A DNA stretch of 64,000 nucleotides from Candidatus Hodarchaeota archaeon. GTDB taxonomy: Archaea > Asgardarchaeota > Lokiarchaeia > Sigyniarchaeales > SOKP01. The notes under the pieces were generated by a model. It ran no database searches. It saw only the letters and a program-made list of their open reading frames with translations, and was not told the DNA's origin. Position numbers and translations under genes: made by a program. Every line of letters begins with the position of its first letter. The first letter of the stretch is position 1. The DNA is taken from contig JBHLKM010000014.1 in NCBI GenBank assembly GCA_048886685.1, positions 32,001 to 96,000 of the forward strand, read 5' to 3'. Shown one piece after another: positions 1-10,459 of the stretch.

Positions 1-30
1 TATAATAAAAATAATTGAATAAAATAAATT

Positions 31-726
31 GTGATTCCAGTGGGAGAAGAAAAAAAAACTTTAAGCGCTCTTGATGAAACAATTCAAGCTGCTGAATCAA
101 GTTTCAAAGAATTTATTGAGGTGTTAGAGACTTCAAGAAATGCCTTATTAAAACTCGAGAGCGATAAAGAAGAGCTTAGTAAAGAGAAAGAAAAACTCGA
201 AGAAGAAAAAAAATATTTAGAACAAGAAAAAGGTTCTTTAGAAAATGAAAAGCAACAGTTAGAAAAAGATAAAAAGAAATTAGAAGAAGAAACGAAGAAA
301 CTGGAAATTGAAAAACAAGAAAGGGATCAAAAAATTGGTTCACTCACGGAAGAACAAATGAAATTATTAGACGAATATCAAAAAGTCAAAGTCGAATTAT
401 CAAAATTTATGAAAGCTGCGGAGGAAGCAGAAAGCGCAGAATATAATTTTGAGAGAGTTAGGGCTTTACTTTCTATTTATACAGTCTTGGTTTCGGATAT
501 ATGGTCTGGACAGGCTCATTATCGAATTTTATTAACACTCCATGGAGATAAAGAAGTAATGACAAGAGATGAGTTAAAAACAACATTAGGTATAGGGGGT
601 GCTTTCGTATTACATTCTGTGCAGGAGTTAGCCAAAGTAGGATTAGTAGAATATGATATGGATACTAATACCGTAAAATTAAAAGAACGTTTATTCCCAA
701 AAAAGGCATTAGAGGAAAAAAAGTAA
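31..726 (+). CDS. Coiled-coil protein with C-terminal winged-helix-like domain
   Basis: 231 aa ORF; eight heptads L-x-x-[ED]-K/T-x-x; C-terminal YRILLTLH..MTRDELKTTLG..VQELAKVGLVEYD wHTH-like pattern. Confidence 0.75.
   Translation: MIPVGEEKKTLSALDETIQAAESSFKEFIEVLETSRNALLKLESDKEELSKEKEKLEEEKKYLEQEKGSLENEKQQLEKDKKKLEEETKKLEIEKQERDQKIGSLTEEQMKLLDEYQKVKVELSKFMKAAEEAESAEYNFERVRALLSIYTVLVSDIWSGQAHYRILLTLHGDKEVMTRDELKTTLGIGGAFVLHSVQELAKVGLVEYDMDTNTVKLKERLFPKKALEEKK
154..321 (+). repeat. Coding 21-bp/7-aa tandem heptad repeat (8 units)
   Basis: LESDKEE LSKEKEK LEEEKKY LEQEKGS LENEKQQ LEKDKKK LEEETKK LEIEKQE. Confidence 0.8.
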
Positions 727-750
727 CATTTCTGATAATTTAGTATATTT

Positions 751-1800
751 TTATTTAGTTATAACCATCTCGTGGAGTGTTACTCCTTTTTCTGAGTGAA
801 GTTTCCCATCAATGCGTATATTAAGTTGAAATTTAGAATTTAACCGAAAATAACCAGGTTTTAATCTTAAGAGATTTTTTGCTAAGAAACGTGTTACGGG
901 GCCTAATTCATAAAGTAAATTATCAGCATCAATGATCTCTTGAACTTGGAGGATAATTTCACCACGACTATCAAAATTAAACTTTAAAACTTTCGGATAT
1001 TTATTTCCAGCTCTTTCATTATATTCAAAATCGTTTTGAAACAGTTCATATTCACCTGTACTAAGGATTGCCTTTTCATTTTTAGCTATCATAAACACCT
1101 GTATTGGATAATTATCCATTTTTTTATTACATTTTATATAAGCAAAAATGACCGTAAAATTATCAGAATATATTCTTCCCCAATACCAATAATCAATTAT
1201 CAATGCAAAATTAAAATTTAACCAATTATGGTCATGATATCCTATACCTTTTACTATGATAGTCTCATTGTTAACTTTAATAGTTCCTTCAACATCTGCT
1301 CGAGGTAGAGCAACAGCCCAACCAAATTGATTTGATTTCCCGAATTCGATATAGCCTTCTCCGGGCTTCCAGCCCTGAACTTTGGCAGTATATTTTAAAT
1401 GAAGCCCATAATTACCTTCATCTAAAAAAATTTCATACTTAGGAAATTCCTTGTTAGAATAATCCACTTTTATGTAATTTTCACCAATTTGTACATCAGC
1501 TATATCTTGGGAAGCTCTAAGATCAGAATGAAGATAATCGATTACTTTCTGTATTTTCTCTCCATTGGGCTTATAGATCGTTATCTCTACCCCTGTTTTC
1601 CCTGTTCGTTCGTGCTTTGCGCGAAAAAATCCTACGACTGTATATCCATTATCAAGACGTGCATCAAAATACCACCATTCTCTTGTTCCTTTCTTATTCA
1701 TATCGATGTGTAATGCATCGTCTTTTGGTTTGATTGGAATAATTTGACCGTCCTTTCTACCTGGTCCTAACCAGGATTCTTTGATTTTTGTACCCATCAC
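751..1800 (-). CDS. CrtC/AttH-like (carotenoid 1,2-hydratase / lipocalin-like) protein
   Basis: EWWYFDA and GYHDHNW motifs, WYWGR. Confidence 0.75.
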   Translation of the reverse strand: MMGTKIKESWLGPGRKDGQIIPIKPKDDALHIDMNKKGTREWWYFDARLDNGYTVVGFFRAKHERTGKTGVEITIYKPNGEKIQKVIDYLHSDLRASQDIADVQIGENYIKVDYSNKEFPKYEIFLDEGNYGLHLKYTAKVQGWKPGEGYIEFGKSNQFGWAVALPRADVEGTIKVNNETIIVKGIGYHDHNWLNFNFALIIDYWYWGRIYSDNFTVIFAYIKCNKKMDNYPIQVFMIAKNEKAILSTGEYELFQNDFEYNERAGNKYPKVLKFNFDSRGEIILQVQEIIDADNLLYELGPVTRFLAKNLLRLKPGYFRLNSKFQLNIRIDGKLHSEKGVTLHEMVITK

Positions 1801-1835
1801 AATTTAATCTCATAATTATTTTAATAACGTAAAAT

Positions 1836-2252
1836 CTACTCATCATAATTTGTTAAGAACTTAATTCCTTGCAATAATATAAGCAATTTTCTGATTCCAC
1901 GCATTTTTATTTTACGTATTAACCATTTTTTTGCAACTCCGAAGAGTGAAAGCCGATTCATAACAATAGCAAGGAAAGTTTGGGTATCCATCTGTAAAAA
2001 TGCATCCCAACCTACATTTCGCTTTTTTAAATTTTCTTTTGGTTTATTGGGAATGCTCTCAACTCTTATTATTCCCTTATCAATTATAATAATTGCTGCA
2101 TGGTTTAAGTTTAAAGCATTTAAGAGAATTTTAACTTGAAGATTAGCAAACTTCTCTTGAAATTTCTTGTTTTCATTTAAAGGCATTAAGATGCTATTGA
2201 TTAGAATTGCGAAACCCCTAATTTTTTTATTTTCTTGGCTTGATTTTACCAT
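1836..2252 (-). CDS. SCP2 sterol/lipid-binding-like protein
   Basis: 138 aa; IDKGIIRV..DAFLQMDTQTFLAI..KIKMRG resembles the SCP2 pattern. Confidence 0.6.
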   Translation of the reverse strand: MVKSSQENKKIRGFAILINSILMPLNENKKFQEKFANLQVKILLNALNLNHAAIIIIDKGIIRVESIPNKPKENLKKRNVGWDAFLQMDTQTFLAIVMNRLSLFGVAKKWLIRKIKMRGIRKLLILLQGIKFLTNYDE

Positions 2253-2304
2253 GTGAATTCTCCTAATCTCTTTGTTTTTATCCGTTTCAACTTTTTTTTT
2301 ACCT

Positions 2305-3069
2305 TTATTGATGCTTTAGAAACATTAAGATCTCATTCTTAAATTGTTGATCGATGACAACTGAGAGATGATCCTTGTTAGGTATTCTTACCAATTGAGC
2401 ACCAGGTATTGCATTTGCGAGTTTTTGATCACTTTTGACGTATGGATCGTCATTTTCACCGTTTATTATGAGGACTGGGATGTCAACATCAGCCAACCCA
2501 ACACCTCCGAGCTGAATAGGATATCCCTCAGACCACATTTGAAGGGCTGACAAGGCAAGTGCCTCACGGTCGTTATTTGGGTTTAAATCGACATAAGCTC
2601 GGAAAGCACGTCCGAAGTGATTAGTAATATGTGAAGGATCCTTTGCTCGTAATGCGTCAGCTATGAAGCGTGCATCCTTGCTTTCTTCAGTCTCATCTCC
2701 AATACCACCCATGATCACAGATGTCAATCTCTCTCTTTTATGCCCTAGCAGGTGAGTCGCCATGAAAGCACCCATGGAATAACCAAAGAGATCAGCTTTA
2801 GCAATATTAAGATGATCCATAACACATAAAACATCTCGGGCCATAATGCTATAACTATAGATCTTTTGATCGTATGGTTTATCACTCTGACCATGACCTC
2901 TGCAATCTAATGCAATCACTCTTCTTATCGACAGGAGATCTTTCACCCAACCTGTGTCCACCCAATTCTGCTTCAAATCTGTCCCCCAACCATGTATTAA
3001 TACAATCGGTTTACCTTTACCAAAAGTCTCGTAATAGATCTGTAAACCCTCTGAAATTGTATATGGCAT
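2305..3069 (-). CDS. Alpha/beta hydrolase
   Basis: HGWG oxyanion motif, DCRGHGQS, GYSMG nucleophile elbow, C-terminal DH. Confidence 0.9.
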   Translation of the reverse strand: MPYTISEGLQIYYETFGKGKPIVLIHGWGTDLKQNWVDTGWVKDLLSIRRVIALDCRGHGQSDKPYDQKIYSYSIMARDVLCVMDHLNIAKADLFGYSMGAFMATHLLGHKRERLTSVIMGGIGDETEESKDARFIADALRAKDPSHITNHFGRAFRAYVDLNPNNDREALALSALQMWSEGYPIQLGGVGLADVDIPVLIINGENDDPYVKSDQKLANAIPGAQLVRIPNKDHLSVVIDQQFKNEILMFLKHQ

Positions 3070-3086
3070 TATTATTTTACACCTTA

Positions 3087-4664
3087 TTATTTATTTAATT
3101 CCTTTAAACTTGAAATATAATATCCACTATCAGATATATTATTAGGATCGAATACTTCTTTTATTTTTCTCAACCATATATGATAATTTGACATGTGGGG
3201 ACCAAAAAGTTCATGCATTCGGTTTCCTTCAACAAAAAAGGGCGCACCAAGATGCTTTAGCAAATCCATTTGATTACTTTTTTCCATGTATTCAGCCATT
3301 CCTTCAACACTCTTCTTATCAGTTTGATCAAACATAGTGGGGGCTTCCATATGAAAATAGTGTCCTGATTCATATGAACTCATCCATGTACCCTCTCCAA
3401 AATCATTTGCAATTACTCCTTTTTTAAGGAACTCCTGCTTTAAAGAGATATTCGATTTTGCACTTCGAAGGCATACATTTGCACTATCAGCAACACCTTT
3501 AGAAGACTGAAATCCTCCGGTTGCAATAAAACCATGTAAGCCTAAATTTGAACGAAGGGCCTCAGCATAAAAAATTGGATTGGGGGTATAGAACCTTCCG
3601 ATAATATTTTCTAAGTTTAATTCTTCTAGTAAGAAATCCATTACTTTCTGTTTATATTCAAATTCTCGTTTTGTACGAGCAGCTATTAATACTACTAACG
3701 GAGTTTTCATTCTCCCGATAACTATTTTATCCATCAAGCTCTCAATTGAATTGGAAAATATTGCCATAACAGCGAAACCAGATAAAAAACTACACATAAA
3801 TGATATTTCTTCCTCTTCAACTCTCAACATTGTAGATTCAAGCTTTTTAAAATTTCCACAATCCATAACATATAATTTCATGAAATCTGGGATGTCAAAA
3901 TCATAATTTGGTGAATATCCTTTAAGCTTAAAATCTGTTTTACAAGGATATGGAAACAATTTTACCGCAACTTTAGTGAATACTCCGAGTCCCGATTTTG
4001 TGCCCGCCCATCCTCTCATAACTCCTCTTAATGATGGACCAGGTCCATCTCCATGGAACCAATCAGGATTGTTTTTTAGACCATATGATCCTAGTTTCAT
4101 AATCTCCCCATCAGGTAATACCCATTCTACAGCTAAAACATTTCTTGCACTATGTCCTGTAGAAGGAGATGTAAATCCCGGACCGTTCATCGATGTAGCA
4201 CTGGCAAGGGGAGACACTTGAGGTCCTGCTCCAGGCATGTGGCAGGTGAGATTAAATTTCATTATTTCGACTTGAAGCTGGGCTCCACTAACATATGGTT
4301 CAATAACAGAATAAAGGTTTTTCTCATCAATTTTAACAATTCTATTCATTCGACGAAGATCTATAATAATAGAATTATCGGAAGAAGGCTGATTCCAAGG
4401 TCCTAATCCAGTAGATTGTGCCTTAAATTTTATATCATGATTATTACATAATTTTACTATGTTTTGGACTTCTTCTGTAGATGATGGTAACACAACTGCT
4501 TTGGGTGTTGGTGAGAATGGGATTGGTTCTTTACCGTCCATATAATTAAATATTTCCATACACCAATTATAGGCATACACATTAGTGATAACTTCTCCAT
4601 CATTAATGTTTTCCACTCCAACCACTGCTTCAAATTCTTTAAGAATCTCCTCCTCCAATACCAT
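3087..4664 (-). CDS. FAD-binding oxidoreductase (GlcD/VAO-type)
   Basis: PKAVVLPSSTEEVQ, DLRRMNRI, C-terminal IKEVFDPNNI. Confidence 0.85.
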   Translation of the reverse strand: MVLEEEILKEFEAVVGVENINDGEVITNVYAYNWCMEIFNYMDGKEPIPFSPTPKAVVLPSSTEEVQNIVKLCNNHDIKFKAQSTGLGPWNQPSSDNSIIIDLRRMNRIVKIDEKNLYSVIEPYVSGAQLQVEIMKFNLTCHMPGAGPQVSPLASATSMNGPGFTSPSTGHSARNVLAVEWVLPDGEIMKLGSYGLKNNPDWFHGDGPGPSLRGVMRGWAGTKSGLGVFTKVAVKLFPYPCKTDFKLKGYSPNYDFDIPDFMKLYVMDCGNFKKLESTMLRVEEEEISFMCSFLSGFAVMAIFSNSIESLMDKIVIGRMKTPLVVLIAARTKREFEYKQKVMDFLLEELNLENIIGRFYTPNPIFYAEALRSNLGLHGFIATGGFQSSKGVADSANVCLRSAKSNISLKQEFLKKGVIANDFGEGTWMSSYESGHYFHMEAPTMFDQTDKKSVEGMAEYMEKSNQMDLLKHLGAPFFVEGNRMHELFGPHMSNYHIWLRKIKEVFDPNNISDSGYYISSLKELNK

Positions 4665-5969
4665 TTATGTAACCTCCATTGATGATTCTTTAACAGTTTT
4701 AGATGGTGAACTAAGTGTCATTAATAATAACTCACTAATATCGTAGAATCTTAAACTAGAACCTTTTTCATTTATTCCATCTTTTAAGTTTGTGGAACAA
4801 AAAGGGCATGCTGAAGAGATTGTATCTGCTCCAGTGTCTTCGGCTTCTTCAATCCGAGTTTTTGCTGTTTTAGTAGCAAATTCTGGAAATGCTGATTTTA
4901 CTCCACCCCCCGCACCGCAACAGTATGAAAATTCTTTATTCCTTTCCATCTCGACAAGTTTTAATCCCGGGATTTTCTTTAGAACTTCTCTTGGAGCTTC
5001 ATATATGCCATATGTTCCACATCTTTTAGGTTTTTCAGGCATATTAATAGATACTAAAGGTATTAATTCTAAAACATCTCCCTCCCAACCATCATATATT
5101 TCTGAATTACGCCCTAAATGACAAGGATCATGATATGTCACAGTATAAGGAACTTGGTTATTTAATTGCAGTTTAGAACCTGTGATCAATTCATTAAATA
5201 ATTCAGTTGTGTGAAATATTTTGAAATTGTAGCCCTTTTCTAAAGGATAATATACCTTAAAAGTATTATAACAACCTGCACAACTAAAAACAACAGTCTC
5301 AATTCCAGCCTTTTCAATGATATCAATATTTTTGGTTAATTGTTCTACAAATGAAATTTTATCTCCAGTTCTTAGAACAGGACTTCCACAACAAAATTCA
5401 TTTCCATCAAGAATTTTAAATGTATAATTAGCAGCATTCAATACACGAGCAGTAGCTATTGCTATTTCTTTTCTCCTATAAGAAGAAGTGCATCCTACGA
5501 AATATAGTGTCTTTGCATTAGGATCAATCTCGATATCTTTAGGGAGCCAATCTATTCTTTTTGAATGTGGTTCATTATAGGGATTATGATTGTTCTTCAC
5601 AGCTTCAATATATTGTTGATGTTTTGGCATTGGTCCATAACCCATTGAAACTAGCTTTTCTCTGAGTTTACTTATAATTTCAAGCGGTTCTAAAGTGTTT
5701 AAGAATTTACACGACACTGCACATCCTCCACATTCGGTACATTTATATACAATATCCCGTATTTCTTTGGAGGGTTTTACTCTTCCCATTTCTAAAGCTA
5801 GGGCTAAAACAATCCGCCCACCACCACTATATGCATGATAATTAAATAGATCTATAGATGGGCAAATTGTTGCGTATTTTTGGCTTTTAATTTGTAGTTG
5901 TGGAATCCACTTACATATTGAGCAGCGGAGACAGCGTTGTATCATTTGCTGATATTCTTGTTCTTTCAC
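4665..5969 (-). CDS. Fe-S oxidoreductase with CCG domains (HdrD/GlcF-like)
   Basis: CxxCxxC motifs, FVGC, CCG, YHDPCHLGR, CCGAGGG, ACPFC; abuts the FAD oxidoreductase. Confidence 0.9.
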   Translation of the reverse strand: MKEQEYQQMIQRCLRCSICKWIPQLQIKSQKYATICPSIDLFNYHAYSGGGRIVLALALEMGRVKPSKEIRDIVYKCTECGGCAVSCKFLNTLEPLEIISKLREKLVSMGYGPMPKHQQYIEAVKNNHNPYNEPHSKRIDWLPKDIEIDPNAKTLYFVGCTSSYRRKEIAIATARVLNAANYTFKILDGNEFCCGSPVLRTGDKISFVEQLTKNIDIIEKAGIETVVFSCAGCYNTFKVYYPLEKGYNFKIFHTTELFNELITGSKLQLNNQVPYTVTYHDPCHLGRNSEIYDGWEGDVLELIPLVSINMPEKPKRCGTYGIYEAPREVLKKIPGLKLVEMERNKEFSYCCGAGGGVKSAFPEFATKTAKTRIEEAEDTGADTISSACPFCSTNLKDGINEKGSSLRFYDISELLLMTLSSPSKTVKESSMEVT

Positions 5970-6145
5970 TGAGGTAGAAACTCCCTAAAATTTCTCAGAG
6001 ATCAATAATTTTAATTAGAAAATTACTCAAATTTAATGAAATTAGTAATTATTAATTGAATAAAACTGTATCTATTAACTATTTCAAATACAATTTTTGA
6101 ATATTTTCTAATTTAAGATGAGATAGAGATAAAAAATTAAGAAAT

Positions 6146-7018
6146 CTATTCGATTTCTAATAATTGCTCCCAATATTTTTTTATATCCCACTCTTTGTTT
6201 GCCTGAATTTTTGACGCGATTTTGCTAAGAACATCTCGAATCATTTTCGATTGTAGGTAATGAGAATTGGGAGTTATTGCACAAAGCATAAACGTTCCTG
6301 CTTCATCTTGCGAATTAAATTTCATTTTATCGACTAATGCATAAGCGTCTACTAAATCTCTAACTACTCTGAGTGTAAATTGACTTGATTCTGACAATTC
6401 CTCGAATTTATACATTTTTATTAATGTAGAATATAATTGAGATGTAAGTTCTTTGAGATTAAGTAAAGGAATTTCGTTTTTAGGATAATAATCATTTAAA
6501 ATTGGCTTAGGTTCACTTTTCCATGTCATATGGAAGATGTAAAAGAAATCAGCTCTATGATGTCTCTTTAGAGATGGTTCCTCATATTTCAATATCTCTT
6601 TTAATTCTTCTTGTAAAATCTTGGAATCTTCAGTAATTTTGATGTTTTTCTTAATTGTCTTTTTGATTCTTTTTAACAATTCTTTAGCTTTAAAAGGTTT
6701 TGTAATGTAATCATCTGCTCCAAGCATTTTACCAAATCTTACATCATCAGGTTCAGCTTTGCCTGATAAAAAGTAGAAAGGAATCCTTGACCAATCGGAA
6801 TTTTCTGCTACCTTCATGTAGAAATCATAACCATCCATTTTTGGCATTAAGATATCACTTATGATAAGATCTGGTAGAGATTCAATATTTGAGAGAATTT
6901 CTAGTCCTTCTTTCCCGTCAGAAGCAGAAATTAATTTAAAATCATTCATTTCCATGAATATTTTTAAATTTTGGACAAGAACATCATCATCTTCGACTAA
7001 AAAGACAGTATGTTCCAT
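6146..7018 (-). CDS. Response regulator: receiver domain plus uncharacterised C-terminal domain
   Basis: LVEDD, DILMPKMDG (phospho-Asp), ADDYITKPF. Confidence 0.9.
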   Translation of the reverse strand: MEHTVFLVEDDDVLVQNLKIFMEMNDFKLISASDGKEGLEILSNIESLPDLIISDILMPKMDGYDFYMKVAENSDWSRIPFYFLSGKAEPDDVRFGKMLGADDYITKPFKAKELLKRIKKTIKKNIKITEDSKILQEELKEILKYEEPSLKRHHRADFFYIFHMTWKSEPKPILNDYYPKNEIPLLNLKELTSQLYSTLIKMYKFEELSESSQFTLRVVRDLVDAYALVDKMKFNSQDEAGTFMLCAITPNSHYLQSKMIRDVLSKIASKIQANKEWDIKKYWEQLLEIE

Positions 7019-7147
7019 AATTAATAACCTTGTTACTTAAAAGTGCAATATTAAGACTCCTCTATAATAAAAGAATAGATATTTAATATTTATGAAAATG
7101 AAAATCTTTTAAATCCTTATATTAAAAATTATAATTAGAGCTTCAAA

Positions 7148-8608
7148 TTAATCGTCAAAACATAAAACTCCGGGATTTAATATATTATTAGGGTCAAATA
7201 TCTTTTTTACCTTTTTTAAAGCAGTTTGTGTTGAATTCCTATGTCTTTTGAACACTTCTTCTGCCCATAAACCATAAGGCCGATTGAAAAAAGCACCCTT
7301 TTCCATGAGTTTAACACTGAGATCCATATATTTTCCCTTTACAATTTCTAATGGCTTATCTTTAGGATCATAATAAATGTCAAATTCGCAATGGTAAGAC
7401 GTTCCTTGATTTATAGCTTGGATATAAACTCCAAGATCTTCAGACACTTCCATTTCTACCAAATGTATATATTCAGAAATCTTTTCATAATTCGCAATAA
7501 AGAAAATATCTTGAAAGCTTCCTTTTAATCTACATCTCCATGGATTGGAAGTTGAGTTTTTTAAAGCATAAATAATTTCACTCTCACTTATAACACTTTC
7601 CTTTTTCAAATAGTCAAGTTCAAGGTCACTCAAAATATCATTTAAATCTCCATTTTGATATGCAATTTTATCATTTGCCAATTTACCGCGACCTGCTAAA
7701 ATAAATATTAAGTTCCATTTAGACAAAGAATTAATTAATTCTAAGATATCCTCAGATACTTGTTTAACCAAACAAGCTAAATTGATATTATTTAAAATTA
7801 ACAATTCATCACCTAACCTGAATTTTAATAATTCATGTTGAAGTTTCAATAAATCTAAAATGTCTTCTGCTTGAAAATGGACAACTTTTTGAACTGTAGG
7901 CATTAGTTCTAACTTAAGAGTAGCCCATGTTACAATTCCTAAACTACCTTGAGCACCTTGTATTAATCTAAAGGGACTAAATTGAGTCGGCCCCATTGGA
8001 TTTGCCTGTGCTTGCCCAGTTTTTCTTTGTTGCTTTATTGTTCCAGGACCCGCAGCAGTGCCCGTTCTAAAAAGATCTCCTGTCCCAAATACTACTTCAG
8101 TGCACAATAAAGGATCAGAACTATCCCATTGATACCGAGGGATTGTCGTTGGCACTCTTTCTAATGCTGCCATAAGAACAGATTTACCATCTCTAGGATA
8201 AAGAGGTTGTAAAAGCCTCAAACCTTTTTTTTCGAGGATTGGAATTAATTGACCAAATGATACTCCGGGTTCCACCATTATGACTCTATTCTTCCTATCG
8301 ATGCTGAGGATTCTGTTCATCCTGGAAAGATCAATTATTATAGAATTGTCTCTTAATGGAATAGTATCTCCATGATAACGTATAGGTGAACTTGAACTTA
8401 TCGGAATAACTGAAAATCCCAGTTCATTTGCTAATTTTAATATTTGTTCGATTTGTTTAGTCTTATTTAACCAAACAATATAATTTGGTATTTTTCCTTC
8501 AACAAAACTTAAATCTGTAGAATAGCTTTCTAATAACTCTGATTCATTTGATATGAATTTCGAACCACAGATTTTGACTAGTTTTTGGTATATCAGTTCT
8601 TCACTCAT
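7148..8608 (-). CDS. FAD-binding oxidoreductase (GlcD/VAO-type), second paralogue
   Basis: DLSRMNRI, VEPGV, GAQGSLGIVT, KKIFDPNNILNPG. Confidence 0.85.
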   Translation of the reverse strand: MSEELIYQKLVKICGSKFISNESELLESYSTDLSFVEGKIPNYIVWLNKTKQIEQILKLANELGFSVIPISSSSPIRYHGDTIPLRDNSIIIDLSRMNRILSIDRKNRVIMVEPGVSFGQLIPILEKKGLRLLQPLYPRDGKSVLMAALERVPTTIPRYQWDSSDPLLCTEVVFGTGDLFRTGTAAGPGTIKQQRKTGQAQANPMGPTQFSPFRLIQGAQGSLGIVTWATLKLELMPTVQKVVHFQAEDILDLLKLQHELLKFRLGDELLILNNINLACLVKQVSEDILELINSLSKWNLIFILAGRGKLANDKIAYQNGDLNDILSDLELDYLKKESVISESEIIYALKNSTSNPWRCRLKGSFQDIFFIANYEKISEYIHLVEMEVSEDLGVYIQAINQGTSYHCEFDIYYDPKDKPLEIVKGKYMDLSVKLMEKGAFFNRPYGLWAEEVFKRHRNSTQTALKKVKKIFDPNNILNPGVLCFDD

Positions 8609-8755
8609 GATAAGTTTTCTTTTATTAAAACTTCTTGCTACGTAAAATATTTCAATCTATTAAGATATTGTCAAAAAAAGACTAAATTTTATATAATTGG
8701 AAGACACTATTTAACAATTATATTTCTAATAAGAATTAAAAAAAATGAAATTCAA

Positions 8756-10165
8756 ATGATTAAATATGATATAATAATTGTGGGTGCTGGACCAGGAGGT
8801 TCTGTTGCTGCGAAAACTGCTGCAGAAAAAGGTCTAAAGACCGTTTTTTTTGAGCGCGGTCGTAAGCCTGGTGAAAAAAACTCTTCAGGGTGCGGATTGG
8901 GGCCAAGAATGTTCAGAGATTTTCCTGAAATGATGAAAGATTTAACATCAGAGAAATGCCCTTCTATGCGTGCGGGAGTTGCGGCTCGAAATTATTTTGT
9001 TAATAAAGATGACATCGTTGCAGGATATATCATGGCCCGTCCAACTGAGTCTGTATCATATGAGCCAGCAAAAAGTTGGATTACGATGAACGTGTATCGT
9101 AGTGAGTTTGATCCTTGGATTGCTAAATTTGCAACGGATGCAGGAGCAGAGCTAAAAACTTCTACGTTGATTGTAGATTTATTAAAAGAGAATGGAAAGG
9201 TGTCTGGTGTCATTGACGATAAAGGTGAGAAGTATAAGGCACCTATAGTTATTGGTGCAGATGGTGCCGTCTCAACTGTTGCACAGAAATCAGGATTAAG
9301 ATCCAAATGGTCTCAAAATCAAGTAACACTTACTCTTCAATATGATTTTCATGCCCCTTCAGAAAAAATTGATGACATTATGGGTGATGAGACTCTTGCT
9401 GTATGGTGGGGCTCAACATTTCCAGCATCTTATCAGGTTTTTTTTAATGATGGGTTTCACCAAGGTTTGGGGAATTGGATGACATGGTGGGATAAGAATC
9501 CATTGTACTACTTAAATAGAGTTATAAATTTAAAATATTATAAAAGATTACTAAGAATTCTTGAAGCTAAACAACGCGAGCTTCAAGCACATTTACTTCC
9601 TTGGTTAGATTATCCTTACAATACCCATACTGATGGAATTATTTTGATTGGTGATGCCGGGGGTTTTCCCTGTCCCCTCGAAGCAGAAGGTATATATCCC
9701 GCTATGGTAACAGGTAAAATTGCTGCAGAAGTAGCAGCTGAAGCAACATCATCTGGGGATTTTACAAAAGATTCATTAAAAAAGTTTGATAAAAAATGGA
9801 AAAATACAAGTATCGGGGAAGAATTTGAAGCAGGGAGTGAGTTATGGAATATTTGGAAGGCGTTACCTTTTAGCCCAAATGAAACAATGTCATGGTTTGT
9901 ACCGATGATTATGGAGATTTTTGGGGGAATATTCGATTGGTCTCAACCACATGCTAAGCGAGTTAGACAAATAGTAGGCCATGTGAGATCATATATGCCA
10001 AAAGCAACACCTTTCATAATGAAGTATGTATTTCCATTAGTCGCAAAGATTTTTGAGGAAGATTTAGATAAACTTATGGATCCAAAGAAAATTATGAAAG
10101 TTCTACCTAAAGTTTTAGACATGCTTCCTCAAAAAAATAAGAGGAGAGGTGGTCAAGCGAAATGA
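8756..10165 (+). CDS. FAD-dependent oxidoreductase, geranylgeranyl reductase/FixC family
   Basis: YDIIIVGAGPGG, IGADG, GDAGG..P..AEGI; start moved to ATG 8756 because the track start overlaps the divergent gene. Confidence 0.88.
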   Translation: MIKYDIIIVGAGPGGSVAAKTAAEKGLKTVFFERGRKPGEKNSSGCGLGPRMFRDFPEMMKDLTSEKCPSMRAGVAARNYFVNKDDIVAGYIMARPTESVSYEPAKSWITMNVYRSEFDPWIAKFATDAGAELKTSTLIVDLLKENGKVSGVIDDKGEKYKAPIVIGADGAVSTVAQKSGLRSKWSQNQVTLTLQYDFHAPSEKIDDIMGDETLAVWWGSTFPASYQVFFNDGFHQGLGNWMTWWDKNPLYYLNRVINLKYYKRLLRILEAKQRELQAHLLPWLDYPYNTHTDGIILIGDAGGFPCPLEAEGIYPAMVTGKIAAEVAAEATSSGDFTKDSLKKFDKKWKNTSIGEEFEAGSELWNIWKALPFSPNETMSWFVPMIMEIFGGIFDWSQPHAKRVRQIVGHVRSYMPKATPFIMKYVFPLVAKIFEEDLDKLMDPKKIMKVLPKVLDMLPQKNKRRGGQAK

Positions 10166-10431
10166 AAATTGACATTGAAAGTCTAACTAAAAGAATTCCT
10201 GGAACTGGAGATTTTATTTCAATTGACCATCTAAAATGTAACAATTGTGATAGTTGTTTATCTGTATGTATAATGAGTCTATGGCGAAAAAAAGAGGGAA
10301 AAATATATATTGTTGAAGATTATCGATCAAAGTGCCTAGAATGTGCTGCTTGTTTCCAAGTATGTGATGCTGGTGCGATAATGTTTAGATATCCTGCTGG
10401 AGGCACGGGTATTGTAATTGAAAAAGGATAA
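10162..10431 (+). CDS. FixX-like ferredoxin
   Basis: CNNCDSCLSVC and CLECAACFQVC, YPAGGTG; 4-bp ATGA overlap with the upstream gene. Confidence 0.85.
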   Translation: MKIDIESLTKRIPGTGDFISIDHLKCNNCDSCLSVCIMSLWRKKEGKIYIVEDYRSKCLECAACFQVCDAGAIMFRYPAGGTGIVIEKG

Positions 10432-10459
10432 ATAAGGAAAACCAAAAAAGAAAAAATCT

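Noticed and set aside
8585-8755. N-terminal extensions in track ORFs (also 17180-17245, 52744-52809, 55990-56007)
   Set aside because: AT-rich promoter-like sequence or overlap with divergent genes; recognisable protein starts at the downstream ATG
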